From a virus (taxonomy: Duplodnaviria; Caudoviricetes), in IMG/VR virus record IMGVR_UViG_3300037461_000393, positions 1 to 46,124 of that record: a stretch of DNA of 46,124 nt. One strand, written 5' to 3'. Position numbers and translations under genes: made by a program. The notes below the pieces were generated by a model that saw nothing but the letters and a program-made list of their open reading frames with translations, had not been told where the DNA came from and did not search any database. The stretch's first letter is position 1. The number at the start of each line of letters is the position of its first letter. Shown piece after piece: positions 26,979 through 36,149 of this stretch.

Positions 26979-27983
26979 TTACGTAACGTCGGCTTCGTTT
27001 TCGAGCAGAGCGTCGGTGGTGCGGATCGGGATGCCCCGGAAGCTGGGAACCCACTTGCCGTCGATGACTTGGTAATCGATCGACGCTGCCTTCACGGCGT
27101 TGTAGCGCTGGATGTCGAGCATCGTCAGCACCGTGCGGTTGGCGTAGAACACCGGCCGACCCATGCCCATTGCCGGGATACGGTGTATGGCCTTGATCAT
27201 GTTCGACGTCAGGCTCAACGTCGCCGCCGTCGGGTCCGCGACAAGCACGGAAACGTCGATGTTGGCGATGCGAACCGCATAGCGCCAGTCGCGCAAAGCC
27301 ACGCCGCACTTCCATTGCCAGTGATCACGATACGCCTGCATGCGGGCACCAGTGACGCCGTTGGCGTTCTCGACGGTGACTTCCCCGAGATCCTTGTGCT
27401 GAAGACCAGCAGTCGACCCCTTCGGGTAGATGCCGTGCACGGTGTTCGGACCCCAGACGATCAGCCACATCGAAGTGCCGTCGCCCGAGTTCGCGCCGCA
27501 GTCGATGATGTTCTGAGCATTCGGGGCCGACAGAGACGAGTACCGGACGGTCAGGCCGGTGAACTCCTCCGGAGCGGAACCCGAGTTGCCATAGAACAGC
27601 GTCGACGCCATTTCTTGACTCATCGCCTCGACGAACGCGGAGGCTTCCGACAGACGGAAGGAGGCGGTGTTGCCGTTCAGCTTGGCGAGATCGACGTCGA
27701 CTTCGCTATAGGCTTCCAGCATACCGCACTGCTCGTCGACTTGAGCGGTCGTCGACTTGCTGGGCTGAACGCCGGCGTTCAGCAGACGCCACGCGACGGT
27801 GGGCAGGCCGGTGCGAACGGTGGTACGGTGGCCGGTGGGAAGGTTACCCTCCATGAAGGGCATCTCCTTCAGCACTTCGTTGCTCTGGGCGAGCATCTCC
27901 GCGATATCGGCGATCTTGCCGTCCGGATCGAGTCGCTTCGCAACATCGATCAGGGTGGGCATCGTGGTTCCGAGCTGAGCCAT
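26979..27983 (-). CDS. Major capsid protein (BPP-1/epsilon15 type)
   Basis: PTLIDVAKRLDPDG, EGNLPTGHRTTVRTGLP, DWRYAVRIANID, FRGIPIR..DALL..EA. Confidence 0.93.
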   Translation of the reverse strand: MAQLGTTMPTLIDVAKRLDPDGKIADIAEMLAQSNEVLKEMPFMEGNLPTGHRTTVRTGLPTVAWRLLNAGVQPSKSTTAQVDEQCGMLEAYSEVDVDLAKLNGNTASFRLSEASAFVEAMSQEMASTLFYGNSGSAPEEFTGLTVRYSSLSAPNAQNIIDCGANSGDGTSMWLIVWGPNTVHGIYPKGSTAGLQHKDLGEVTVENANGVTGARMQAYRDHWQWKCGVALRDWRYAVRIANIDVSVLVADPTAATLSLTSNMIKAIHRIPAMGMGRPVFYANRTVLTMLDIQRYNAVKAASIDYQVIDGKWVPSFRGIPIRTTDALLENEADVT

Positions 27984-28006
27984 TTAAGGCCTCCTTAAGT
28001 TGGTTG

Positions 28007-28639
28007 TTACTGTTGAGGTCCGTAAAACTTTTCGGCCATGTCACGGGGCTTGCCCGGTCCACCGGCCCGACCCTCGTGCATGACATCGTCGCGCATGGCC
28101 TTACCAATGCGGACCATGAAACGGACTACTTCGGGATGGCTTCCGTAGCCAGTCTCCTTCAGCGCCTTGACAAACTCGGGGGTCCCGAATTTCTGGAGCG
28201 CCTGTTGCGCGAGGTTGATGTTGGTCTTGAAATCCTGGCCCTTGTCGCCGATGATCTCGGGGTCGGCCTTGACGGCGTTCTCCCAAGTAGCCACCGACGT
28301 GGCGAGGAACTCCTGCTGGCCTTCGATGAACGAAGCCCGGTCCTGATTGCGCTTGTCCAGCAGTTTCTGCGCCGCCTCGTTGGAAAGGCCGAGCTCTTTG
28401 GCAAGAGCCGCTGTTTCCTCGACGTCCACAGCCTGAAGCACAGCATTGTCAGGCAGCTTCAACTCATACTTCTCAGGCACGGTTGAAGCGGGCTTGCCCT
28501 CGGCGGGCTTCCCTTCACCACTGTCACCCGTTTCCGGAGGCGGAGTGGATTCTGCCGGCTTTGATTCACCAGCAGGCTCAGCGGTCGGGGGTGTCGTGGG
28601 TGGTGTTTCCCCGGCCGTCAGAATTGTTTCATCAGCCAT
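28007..28639 (-). CDS. Capsid scaffolding protein
   Basis: Pro/acidic N-terminus, PEKYELKLP, GYGSHPEVVR, ends FYG; directly upstream of MCP. Confidence 0.8.
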   Translation of the reverse strand: MADETILTAGETPPTTPPTAEPAGESKPAESTPPPETGDSGEGKPAEGKPASTVPEKYELKLPDNAVLQAVDVEETAALAKELGLSNEAAQKLLDKRNQDRASFIEGQQEFLATSVATWENAVKADPEIIGDKGQDFKTNINLAQQALQKFGTPEFVKALKETGYGSHPEVVRFMVRIGKAMRDDVMHEGRAGGPGKPRDMAEKFYGPQQ

Positions 28640-28955
28640 CTGTCAGTTTCTCCAGTTCCTTCGCTTCTTGCAACATCTTGATGTACAGGTCCGGGCACGC
28701 TTCGTTGATGTCCGACCAGATGATCAGGCCGATGTTGCGCATACCCTCGTTGAAAAACGTGGTACTGTTGCCGGTAAAGCTGGACTTCTGGAACCCGGTG
28801 TGGTCGAGCAACCGCCACATGAACCGTCGACCTTCCACGGTCGACATGACCTTTATGAAATCTTCGAGTTCCTGTACTCTTTTGTTGCGGACCTTCTTCG
28901 CGGCCGTCTTAACCTGTTCCGGGTCCGCAGCGTTGGAGACAAGAGGCTTGGCCAT
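28632..28955 (-). CDS. Conserved head-module protein (Bbp19-like)
   Basis: VMST.EGRRFMWRLL...G, FFNEGMRNIGL. Confidence 0.8.
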   Translation of the reverse strand: MAKPLVSNAADPEQVKTAAKKVRNKRVQELEDFIKVMSTVEGRRFMWRLLDHTGFQKSSFTGNSTTFFNEGMRNIGLIIWSDINEACPDLYIKMLQEAKELEKLTDG

Positions 28956-28961
28956 GGCGGA

Positions 28962-30692
28962 TTATACCGCACCTGCATCAGCTGACGCAAGTCTATCCAG
29001 TACGCTGTTATTTCCCAACTGCGTCCCGGCAGCAGCCCGTCCAGCTTCCGCGAGTTTCTTGAGGCGATCCGCATTAGCGGCCTGCTGCTCCGCTTTGGCC
29101 CGCTGATCGCGAATTTCCGCCACTTCTTCGTTACTGCGGACGATATACGGGCTGGTGCCCAACATCTCAGCGTACTCGTCAAGCAGATTGTCGACATTAA
29201 CCTTGTCAAAGGCCGGCGGGTACACTTCCCCGACGCTGCGAGCAAAGGTAGCGAACCGCTCAATACCACCAGTGGCGATCAGCTTCTGGGCTTGCGCCAT
29301 GATCGACAGGTACTCGACCTTGAGCGGCAAGTCCTGCAATTCTTCCGGGGGCTCAGGGATCATCCCGACGTCCAACATGATCGAGAACGTGCGATCGATC
29401 AGCGGGTCAAGCAACTCGTCATTTAGACGCTCGAGCACCGGACCCAGCATCAGCAACTTTTCCTCGTGCCGCTCCTGAATTTCTCTGGCCGTGATCTCGC
29501 GACGGTCAGACATCGTCAGCATCAGGAAGAGATCCTCGTAGAACGCGCGGGAGATCCGCTGCTGGTGGGCCAGCACTTCCTCGGACGCGTCACGGATCGA
29601 GAACCTTACCTCGTGGGCGGGGCGGAACCCTTGCTGGCCCTCGCGTACGTCGACGTAGGTGATGTCCCCCGGAAGCAGCGTCGCCTTTTGACTGCGCAAG
29701 CTGCTTGGCCCCGTCATAGGGGGATTGACCATCTTCTCAACAGCCTGCGCCTTGCGCTTCTCCAGCGTCTGTAGAGCCTTGACGTCGCCCAAAGCGTCCA
29801 TTCCTGGAGAAGAACCATATGTATCTTCGCCAAGCACGTCCCAACGTGCACAAAGGATCGGAAACTCACCGAAGCCCCCCTCACTCAGCAGCTTGTCATG
29901 AACGCCGGCGGATTCGAAATAGCAGCTGCGGTATTTCTTGTACTTGGCGTCGAGCGCATTCGGGTCATACATGTCATTGGGCATGACGAAATGCATGACC
30001 GGAACCGGAGCCTCGAAGTTGTCCTGCATCCACAAATTTCTGACGGTGTGGCTGATGTTGCTGAAGTCGTATGTCCCGGACCGGGGGTTACGGCCCGCAA
30101 ACTTCTGGACGACTTGCCGGACCGTCATCTCCATTTCCCGGACAAACACATCCACCAAACCCCGGCCACTGACCGAGATCCCGTAGCTGCCGATAGGAAA
30201 GGTCTGGCAGCGAAGGATCTTGTCCTGATCAGGCATCACGGACATCGACATGGTGCCGAATACGCCAAGATCCCCGTATCCCACGGGCAGCGTGTTGTAC
30301 AAGTTGGACCGGGTCATCACGGTGTTCATCAAGCGCGTGACGTCGTGAAGCCACACCGCCACTGCTTTGTTCTTGGCCAGCGCCGGGTCGTACGTAGTCA
30401 GCCTGAACCACGGGCGGGCCGGCGACGTCACGCCAGCCATCATCCCGGAACGCAAGGTCCGGGCCGCGATGGTGGCTGAATTGTTGATGATCTTCTGATT
30501 GCGCTTGTCGCCCTTGTTTCTGTCGGTCAGATTGAACTGCACACGCCGGGGCAAAATGAAGTCAGCCAGCTCTCGCCAGTGCGATTCCCACGTCGAGCGT
30601 TCGTTTTCCAGCTGCGTCCAAAGCTGGAGCATCCGGTTTCGCGAGTGATAACTCGCTTTCCGGTCGCCGCTTTCCCCTTCTTCGAGGAGCAT
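28962..30692 (-). CDS. Portal (head-tail connector) protein
   Basis: LENERSTWE.HWRELAD, TSPARPWF, YG.SPGMDALGD, TAREIQERHEEKL.MLGPVLERL. Confidence 0.93.
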   Translation of the reverse strand: MLLEEGESGDRKASYHSRNRMLQLWTQLENERSTWESHWRELADFILPRRVQFNLTDRNKGDKRNQKIINNSATIAARTLRSGMMAGVTSPARPWFRLTTYDPALAKNKAVAVWLHDVTRLMNTVMTRSNLYNTLPVGYGDLGVFGTMSMSVMPDQDKILRCQTFPIGSYGISVSGRGLVDVFVREMEMTVRQVVQKFAGRNPRSGTYDFSNISHTVRNLWMQDNFEAPVPVMHFVMPNDMYDPNALDAKYKKYRSCYFESAGVHDKLLSEGGFGEFPILCARWDVLGEDTYGSSPGMDALGDVKALQTLEKRKAQAVEKMVNPPMTGPSSLRSQKATLLPGDITYVDVREGQQGFRPAHEVRFSIRDASEEVLAHQQRISRAFYEDLFLMLTMSDRREITAREIQERHEEKLLMLGPVLERLNDELLDPLIDRTFSIMLDVGMIPEPPEELQDLPLKVEYLSIMAQAQKLIATGGIERFATFARSVGEVYPPAFDKVNVDNLLDEYAEMLGTSPYIVRSNEEVAEIRDQRAKAEQQAANADRLKKLAEAGRAAAGTQLGNNSVLDRLASADAGAV

Positions 30693-30696
30693 TTAT

Positions 30697-31008
30697 TCAG
30701 CCTCCCAGCAGAGTGCTGCCCTGATACGTGGAGCCAAGGACCCCGGAGGGACCGGTCAGGATCGTCGACCCCCGGCCCATGGAGCCCTTATTCTTCTTCC
30801 GGACCCGTTCCGCCGCGTCCTTAGCCTTCGGGTTTTCGACGGGCGTCACCGGATCTTTCTCAGTGATCTGCTGTTGAAGGGCCTCGTTCTCACGATTCAA
30901 TTGGTCCATCTGTGAGGATAGTGCGTCTGCTTGCTTCTTCGACGCCCTCTTGGCTACCTGCGAGCCGATGAGTGCTCCCCCTACTGCTATGGCTGCCGAC
31001 ACTCCCAT
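30697..31008 (-). CDS. Small virion protein upstream of portal
   Basis: AGGAGG RBS; MGVSAAIAVGG start; C-terminal GRGSTILTG...TLLGG. Confidence 0.8.
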   Translation of the reverse strand: MGVSAAIAVGGALIGSQVAKRASKKQADALSSQMDQLNRENEALQQQITEKDPVTPVENPKAKDAAERVRKKNKGSMGRGSTILTGPSGVLGSTYQGSTLLGG

Positions 31009-31453
31009 GATCAAGCCTCCTTGCGTAAATTAGGTCAACGAGCCGATAGCCCATCCGCTCAAGAATCGGGCCGAAGTCATGAGCGGCTTTCACGTGGTGA
31101 TAAACCACCTGCACACCGTCATCGGCCAACGATTCGTCAGCGTACTTGATCAGCTTGATTCCCGTGAACCCCTTGCGATAGGGCTCGTCGAGGAACAGCA
31201 CATCCTGCACTGCCTGCAAGCTTTCCTTGTAATGCATGTTGTGCCGGACGAAAAACACGACATAACCGGCCAACTTACCCTCATCCCTTGCCGTAAAAAC
31301 CCGCAGGCCGCCGCACTTTTCGAGGTAGTGGTATGCGGACACATCCGGGTCAAGAACGATGTCCTGATAGTGGGCGATCTCCTTCCAATGGCGCACAAGG
31401 AGGGGCGCAGCTTCTTTCACCACGTCCAAAAATCGTTCGCGTTGAAATTGCAT
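30890..31453 (-). CDS. GNAT-family acetyltransferase
   Basis: FTARDEGKLAGY, DVLFLDEPYRKGFTG.KLI, ERMGY. Confidence 0.8.
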   Translation of the reverse strand: MQFQRERFLDVVKEAAPLLVRHWKEIAHYQDIVLDPDVSAYHYLEKCGGLRVFTARDEGKLAGYVVFFVRHNMHYKESLQAVQDVLFLDEPYRKGFTGIKLIKYADESLADDGVQVVYHHVKAAHDFGPILERMGYRLVDLIYARRLDHGSVGSHSSRGSTHRLAGSQEGVEEASRRTILTDGPIES

Positions 31454-31492
31454 ATGCCCCTCCACCTTCCCCATCAGTCGCCGATCAGAGGA

Positions 31493-32020
31493 TCAACGAG
31501 GGCCGGAGTTCGGGATCTCCCCGTGACCGATCTGTGCAACGGTCATGTGCACTTCCGGCAGGTCGCGCACGAGGCCGTTGGCGCGAACGTTCTTCAGGTA
31601 AGCCTCGGCCTTGGTGATGACGCGGTCAAGTCGGAGTTGGTCCGGCTCTTCCAATTTCGAGCCACGCGACGTCGACGGGCAGAGCCAGAGTTCGTCCCGT
31701 GCCGCCGTCATCAGCGCGCGGAAGCCGTTCAGGTAGTTGTTCTGCATCGGCGGCTGTTCGACCGGAGGCGGCAAGTCCACGCGCATCGGCGTCGTCTTCG
31801 GCAAGTCGAGGTACGGCTGCGCCTTCACGTGCGCCGAATTGGCCTTGGCTTCCCTGATGATTGCCTCCAGGCGAACGAGGTCGTCTTCGCTGACCGTGTT
31901 CGTGTTGGCGCTCTCGCACCGCTGGGTCTGGATGATGTAGTGCTGAAAGAACCCGTACAACCAGATAATGTCGAGGTTGTTGGTCCACGGCTTGGTCATA
32001 TCGATAACGGTGTCAGACAT
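31493..32020 (-). CDS. Hypothetical protein with internal two-fold repeat
   Basis: RBS AGGAG; codon usage like the capsid genes; two similar halves. Confidence 0.75.
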   Translation of the reverse strand: MSDTVIDMTKPWTNNLDIIWLYGFFQHYIIQTQRCESANTNTVSEDDLVRLEAIIREAKANSAHVKAQPYLDLPKTTPMRVDLPPPVEQPPMQNNYLNGFRALMTAARDELWLCPSTSRGSKLEEPDQLRLDRVITKAEAYLKNVRANGLVRDLPEVHMTVAQIGHGEIPNSGPR

Positions 32021-32054
32021 CTTCTAGCTCCTGTCAAGTTGGGGTCAACGAAAC

Positions 32055-32174
32055 CTACTTCTTCGCTTTCTTCGGTAAGGCCTTGCCTTTCGGCGTCTCC
32101 TTCTCGAATTTCTTTGCTACCTGCGGCAGCTTGGCATGCAGGTAACTGCGCTGGGCCTGACTTTTCATGGGCAT
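32055..32174 (-). CDS. Small basic protein (39 aa, MPMKSQAQRSYLHAKLPQVAKKFEKETPKGKALPKKAKK)
   Basis: Hand-translated; RBS AGGAG; fills the gap after terL. Confidence 0.7.
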   Translation of the reverse strand: MPMKSQAQRSYLHAKLPQVAKKFEKETPKGKALPKKAKK

Positions 32175-32185
32175 GTGAGTCACTC

Positions 32186-33664
32186 CTACGCGGCTTCCTT
32201 GAATGGGTCCCATTCGGTTAATGCCTTGCCAGACGATGGGACGTACAATCCGGCAGGGGTGATCATCGCACCATCCGGCAGGCGCACCCCGTCAGTGCCT
32301 GCGGAACTCAATTCCGGTAAAGCGAACGTGACTGCGAGCGCGTCAGCGTGATCGGGCGACTCCCCGTTCAACTTCTGCTTGATCTGCTCCTTGTCCTCGA
32401 TCTGCATCCGGTTGCCGACGAACATGTACGTCACCGCCAGCATCTGTCTCTTCAGCGCGGGGCATAAAGGGAGGACTGCGCCGTTCCTCACCCATTCCGA
32501 CATCAGAAAGTACATCTCAGCCCGCTTGTTCACGTAACGCGGGTCGATGGCCTTCGACGCGAAGTTCACCGGATGCGGAAAGATGCTGATGCCGTGCAGA
32601 TGGTCGATCGTCGAGGCACCATACCCCCCCGTGTCGTCGATCATTTCCTGCTCAGTCCGCAGCGAGGACTTGAGATGCGCTACTGCTGACGCCAGTTGGG
32701 GGCCTGTGTAGTTCCTGTACTCGTGGTACTGAAACGCCATCTTACCCTGCCGGGGGAACGCCACCGACCTGTCATCACCGAACCGCGCCACGTCGATCCC
32801 GAGTCGCTTTTGGAAGCTCAGGTACTCGGAGTCGCGCAACTTGCGCTTCATTGCTGCGTCGATGTCATCGGCTGAGAACAGGGCGTTCAGCGATGCCGGC
32901 GGAAATTCCCCGAATACGTTGACCTTCACCCATGGGTTGTCGCGCCCGTACTTCTCAATCTGTTCCCGCGCCCATTGAACCGACACTCGCGGGCTTCGCA
33001 TCGGGTCGTCGGGATCCCCGGTGATGTTCATCACCCACCATAGGTTCCTTTCGGACGTCGACGCCCGGTACAGTGGTCCTTCAAGGTGCGTCGGGTTCCC
33101 CGCCTGTACGATCTTCGTCTCGACGCCGGATGCGAGAGCCGCTTCCGCCGCCGCCATCACCGCATCGGGAATCCCCCCCGACTCGTCCAATATGAAGAGC
33201 ACATAGTCGGCATGGATACCAGCCAGCGTATCGGCCTGCTGCGTCGCGTCCCCACCCTTCGGCCACGTCCGCGCCGACATGAACCAGTTCTCCGGATTCT
33301 GCTTGTTGAATATCCGGGTCTTGGTCCAGACAAACATTTCCTTCAGCGCTGACGACCGGGCCTGCCACTTGGACATTTCCGGCCACAGGTTGTCCGACAG
33401 GTTGTCACCCGTGATGGACGTCGCCACCACCTTCGGGAACGGCCGGGTCAGCAGGAAGTTCCATGCCGCCCATGCCAGGAATGCCGTCTTGCCGGGACCC
33501 TTGCAGGCCTTCAGGGCCATCCGTTGGTTGGTCGGGAACGCCTGAAGCGCTTCCTTCTGCCACGGGTCGGGCTCGATCGTGAAGCATTCCCGTACGAAGG
33601 CCAGCGGGTCCTCGCGCCACCGACGTAGCTGCTCAGCCGCTTTCTTGGCTTTCTGGTTCCTCAC
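32186..33664 (-). CDS. terL: Terminase large subunit
   Basis: PDPWQ, ACKGPGKT, ILDESGG, AGNPT, nuclease GIDVARFGDD, SPDHADALA. Confidence 0.93.
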   Translation of the reverse strand: MRNQKAKKAAEQLRRWREDPLAFVRECFTIEPDPWQKEALQAFPTNQRMALKACKGPGKTAFLAWAAWNFLLTRPFPKVVATSITGDNLSDNLWPEMSKWQARSSALKEMFVWTKTRIFNKQNPENWFMSARTWPKGGDATQQADTLAGIHADYVLFILDESGGIPDAVMAAAEAALASGVETKIVQAGNPTHLEGPLYRASTSERNLWWVMNITGDPDDPMRSPRVSVQWAREQIEKYGRDNPWVKVNVFGEFPPASLNALFSADDIDAAMKRKLRDSEYLSFQKRLGIDVARFGDDRSVAFPRQGKMAFQYHEYRNYTGPQLASAVAHLKSSLRTEQEMIDDTGGYGASTIDHLHGISIFPHPVNFASKAIDPRYVNKRAEMYFLMSEWVRNGAVLPLCPALKRQMLAVTYMFVGNRMQIEDKEQIKQKLNGESPDHADALAVTFALPELSSAGTDGVRLPDGAMITPAGLYVPSSGKALTEWDPFKEAA

Positions 33665-34212
33665 ACATCAGCCTTCGGCTTCATTGACGCCGCTACCAGA
33701 TCCGCGAGCTGGACTGAACCGTTGACTTCCAGACGCTCCGTGAACATCCGCTGCGACCTGCCGATCATGTCGAGGGCGCGCAGCTTGTCGTGCATACGCA
33801 CCTTTTTGGTGACCCGGCCAGTTTCATCGATGGTGACGTCGAACGCCGAGACGCTCTGCGCCACCCTTGCGGGCAGGCTTTTCACCGACTGAAGGTTCCC
33901 ATCCTCGTCCACCAGATCGGCGACAGAGGCTTCGGAGACTCCGACTATCCCCGACAAAACGCGGTCCTCCAAATTCGCCTTTCTGGCTTCGACGGCAACG
34001 TTGTAGTGATCTTCACGCGCCTCGTCGCTCTTGATCCACCTGAACACCAACCCGTACGGGATATCATGTTCCTTGCAGATCTCCGCCAGAGTACGGCCCT
34101 CGGCGATTTCCTCGCAGACATGGTCCAGGAATTCAGGTTCCCGGAACAGGGCCTGGGCCTTTTCGTGCCGCGACTTGTACGTATGGGGGACCATAGTCGC
34201 GGAGCGTATCAC
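33661..34212 (-). CDS. terS: Terminase small subunit
   Basis: N-terminal HTH (EIAEGRTLAEICK), K.RMHDKLRAL.MIGR...MF; coupled to terL. Confidence 0.85.
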   Translation of the reverse strand: MIRSATMVPHTYKSRHEKAQALFREPEFLDHVCEEIAEGRTLAEICKEHDIPYGLVFRWIKSDEAREDHYNVAVEARKANLEDRVLSGIVGVSEASVADLVDEDGNLQSVKSLPARVAQSVSAFDVTIDETGRVTKKVRMHDKLRALDMIGRSQRMFTERLEVNGSVQLADLVAASMKPKADV

Positions 34213-34408
34213 AGATCGGCGCTCGTGTCAACTGAACTTTATGGGGCGATACTCGGCTCGGAGACGGTGTGCGTCGGAACGAAGATTACAAGACCCGCGC
34301 GGGGGACCCGGAGCCCCGGCCCTACCCCCCCTCTGAAGTCGGGGGACCCAACAGACTTCGTGCACGCCCCGCCGGCCGAGGTCGGGGACGCCCCCTCCGG
34401 GAGGCAGC

Positions 34409-34492
34409 AGCCGGGGTTCACGGCCTGCCGACCCGGCGCACAGACCGGGGTCGGCGACGCCGGAACCCCGAGCCGGGGTTCACGGCCTGCCG
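34409..34492. repeat. 22-bp direct repeat x2 (AGCCGGGGTTCACGGCCTGCCG)
   Basis: Exact copies at 34409-34430 and 34471-34492. Confidence 0.9.
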
Positions 34493-34635
34493 GGGGCGTC
34501 ACGAAGTCCTCGCGTGCACGCGCGAGGCTGAGGGAGGCTGGCACGAGGCTTGGCGTCGCGCGATACGCGGATACGCTCGCCGATGCGCACACGTGCACCA
34601 CACGTTACCCGCTGCCGCGTAGCGCACGTACGGAC

Positions 34636-34926
34636 CGGAACAGAACGGCCCTCGGCAGGGTCTCTCTCGACTGGGAGTGTGTGCGTCTTAGCTGTTCCGC
34701 TGCTGTTCCGGCGAACCGGCCACAAACCCCGGCCCTCGGCCCGTGTTCCGTGCGTCTCTCTCGACTGGACGGGTGCCTCGCCCTCGCCCCCGGCTTCGTG
34801 TTCCGTCTGTTCCGCTCGGAGGCCCGTGAACCGCCGGCTTTAGGCACCCTCCGATGGCCCCCCGGCCGTGAAGGTCTGTTCCGCTGTTCCGCTCGGAGGC
34901 GGCTTTCCCGGAACAGACGCGGAACG
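34636..34926. repeat. Iteron-like TGTTCCG/CGGAAC array, candidate origin or packaging site
   Basis: Seven TGTTCCG copies flanked by inverted CGGAACAG; GTCTCTCTCGACTGG x2; CTGTTCCGCTCGGAGGC x2. Confidence 0.6.
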
Positions 34927-35111
34927 GTCCGCGACCCGGTGCCTTCAGGCAGGCTTCACATACCGCAGGCGCGGGATACGCTCCGCCCCCGTGGCTACCG
35001 CTCGTCGGCCACGACCGACCGTCCATCAGCCGCAGACTTACAGCCGCCTCGACCGGTGTGCTCTGATTCGTCCTGCAGTACCGACACACAACGAACCGAG
35101 AGGATAGCGAG

Positions 35112-35441
35112 ATGGAACAGCTTCGAGTGGTCTGGAACACGGGCCGGCTGTACACAGAGCAGGGGCAGATCATCGCCGCCTCGCTGCTTGACGACGGATC
35201 AGTACGCTTCGTCGACCGGTCCCGAATGATTGACGGCGTGATCGAGCGTGCCGACCTTCGGTACGAACCGTGGGACGACGCGAAGGAAAACGAGCGAGCC
35301 CTGTGTGCTGCGGTCCTCGACGCGTACGACTTCGGCCGGTTCCGTACGTGGATCGAACGGTATCAGGACTGGAGCGAGGAGTCGCTTTACGACGCCCTGC
35401 AGGCTCTAGCGCGGGGCGAGGAAAACAAGCCGAAGCGCTGA
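35112..35441 (+). CDS. Early hypothetical protein
   Basis: GAGAGGATAGCGAG leader; WNTGRLYT..GQ.I motif. Confidence 0.75.
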   Translation: MEQLRVVWNTGRLYTEQGQIIAASLLDDGSVRFVDRSRMIDGVIERADLRYEPWDDAKENERALCAAVLDAYDFGRFRTWIERYQDWSEESLYDALQALARGEENKPKR

Positions 35442-35445
35442 CCCA

Positions 35446-35475
35446 TTGACGCAGCAGCCTTGCCCGTGCTACACT
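35446..35475 (+). promoter_or_regulatory. Sigma70-like extended -10 promoter
   Basis: TTGACG-N18-TACACT with TG-n before the -10 box. Confidence 0.7.
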
Positions 35476-35497
35476 CGCAGCCTGAGGGTAGCACCAA

Positions 35498-35538
35498 CAA
35501 GGCACCTGCCCTTGCCGCCACCGGTCGGACACCGGCAT
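35498..35538 (+). promoter_or_regulatory. Two-hairpin leader element, copy 1
   Basis: CAAGGCACCTGCCCTTG...CCGGT-CGGAC-ACCGG-CAT. Confidence 0.55.
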
Positions 35539-35560
35539 CACAGAGAACGGAGAGCTAGCC

Positions 35561-36058
35561 ATGACGAACGAAACCAACGCCACCGCCGAAGTCGTCGCCC
35601 CTGTCGTGACGGAGCCCACGAAGGCGAAGGTCGAGAAGAAAGCGGCACGTGCCGAGAAGAAGGCCGCCGCGAAGGCCAAGCCGGCCAAGGCCGCCGCGAA
35701 GAAACCGGCGAAGGTCGCCAAGAAGGCCACGAAGGCCGCCGCGAAGAAACCGGCGAAGGTCGCCAAGCCCAAGGATCCGAACGCGGTCAGCAAGTCCGTG
35801 ATCCCGCTGGAAGTAGCGAAGCAGTACCACGTCGACAAGGACCACAAGACGATCAGCGGGAATCCGTCGATCGACAACAATGACAAGGTGGCGAAGCTCC
35901 TGCGCGGTCAGCCGATCGAGAAGGTCTACTCGCTGGTCGCCAAGGAGGCCAAGTGCGCCGTGGGCGAACTGCAGAACCGGTACGGGCACCTGAACGTGGG
36001 GATGCAGCGCATGAATCTCGGCAACAAGCTGCGCGGTATCCTGAACGCGGCGGCCTGA
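35561..36058 (+). CDS. Histone H1-like (Ala/Lys/Pro-rich) protein with conserved C-terminal domain
   Basis: KAAAKKPAKVAK repeats; C-terminal LNVGMQRMNLGNKLRG. Confidence 0.85.
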   Translation: MTNETNATAEVVAPVVTEPTKAKVEKKAARAEKKAAAKAKPAKAAAKKPAKVAKKATKAAAKKPAKVAKPKDPNAVSKSVIPLEVAKQYHVDKDHKTISGNPSIDNNDKVAKLLRGQPIEKVYSLVAKEAKCAVGELQNRYGHLNVGMQRMNLGNKLRGILNAAA

Positions 36059-36108
36059 TTCACTTGCAGTAGTCTTGCACTCAGCGCCTGCCTAGTCGGG
36101 CGCTGCAG

Positions 36109-36149
36109 CAAGGCACCTGCCTTGAAGCGAACCGGGCGCAACCCGGCAT
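36109..36149 (+). promoter_or_regulatory. Two-hairpin leader element, copy 2
   Basis: CAAGGCACCTGCCTTG...CCGGG-CGCAA-CCCGG-CAT. Confidence 0.55.

Noticed and set aside
34409-34926. CRISPR array
   Set aside because: Only two copies of each longer repeat, irregular spacing, no cas genes
33790-35229. 479-aa plus-strand ORF across the repeat hub
   Set aside because: Arg/Pro/Ala low-complexity translation of GC-rich repeat DNA, antisense to terS, overlapping the 35112 gene
36063-36140. HDV-like ribozyme
   Set aside because: Partial P1/P2-like pairings exist, but there is no convincing P3/L3/P1.1; kept only as a two-hairpin leader
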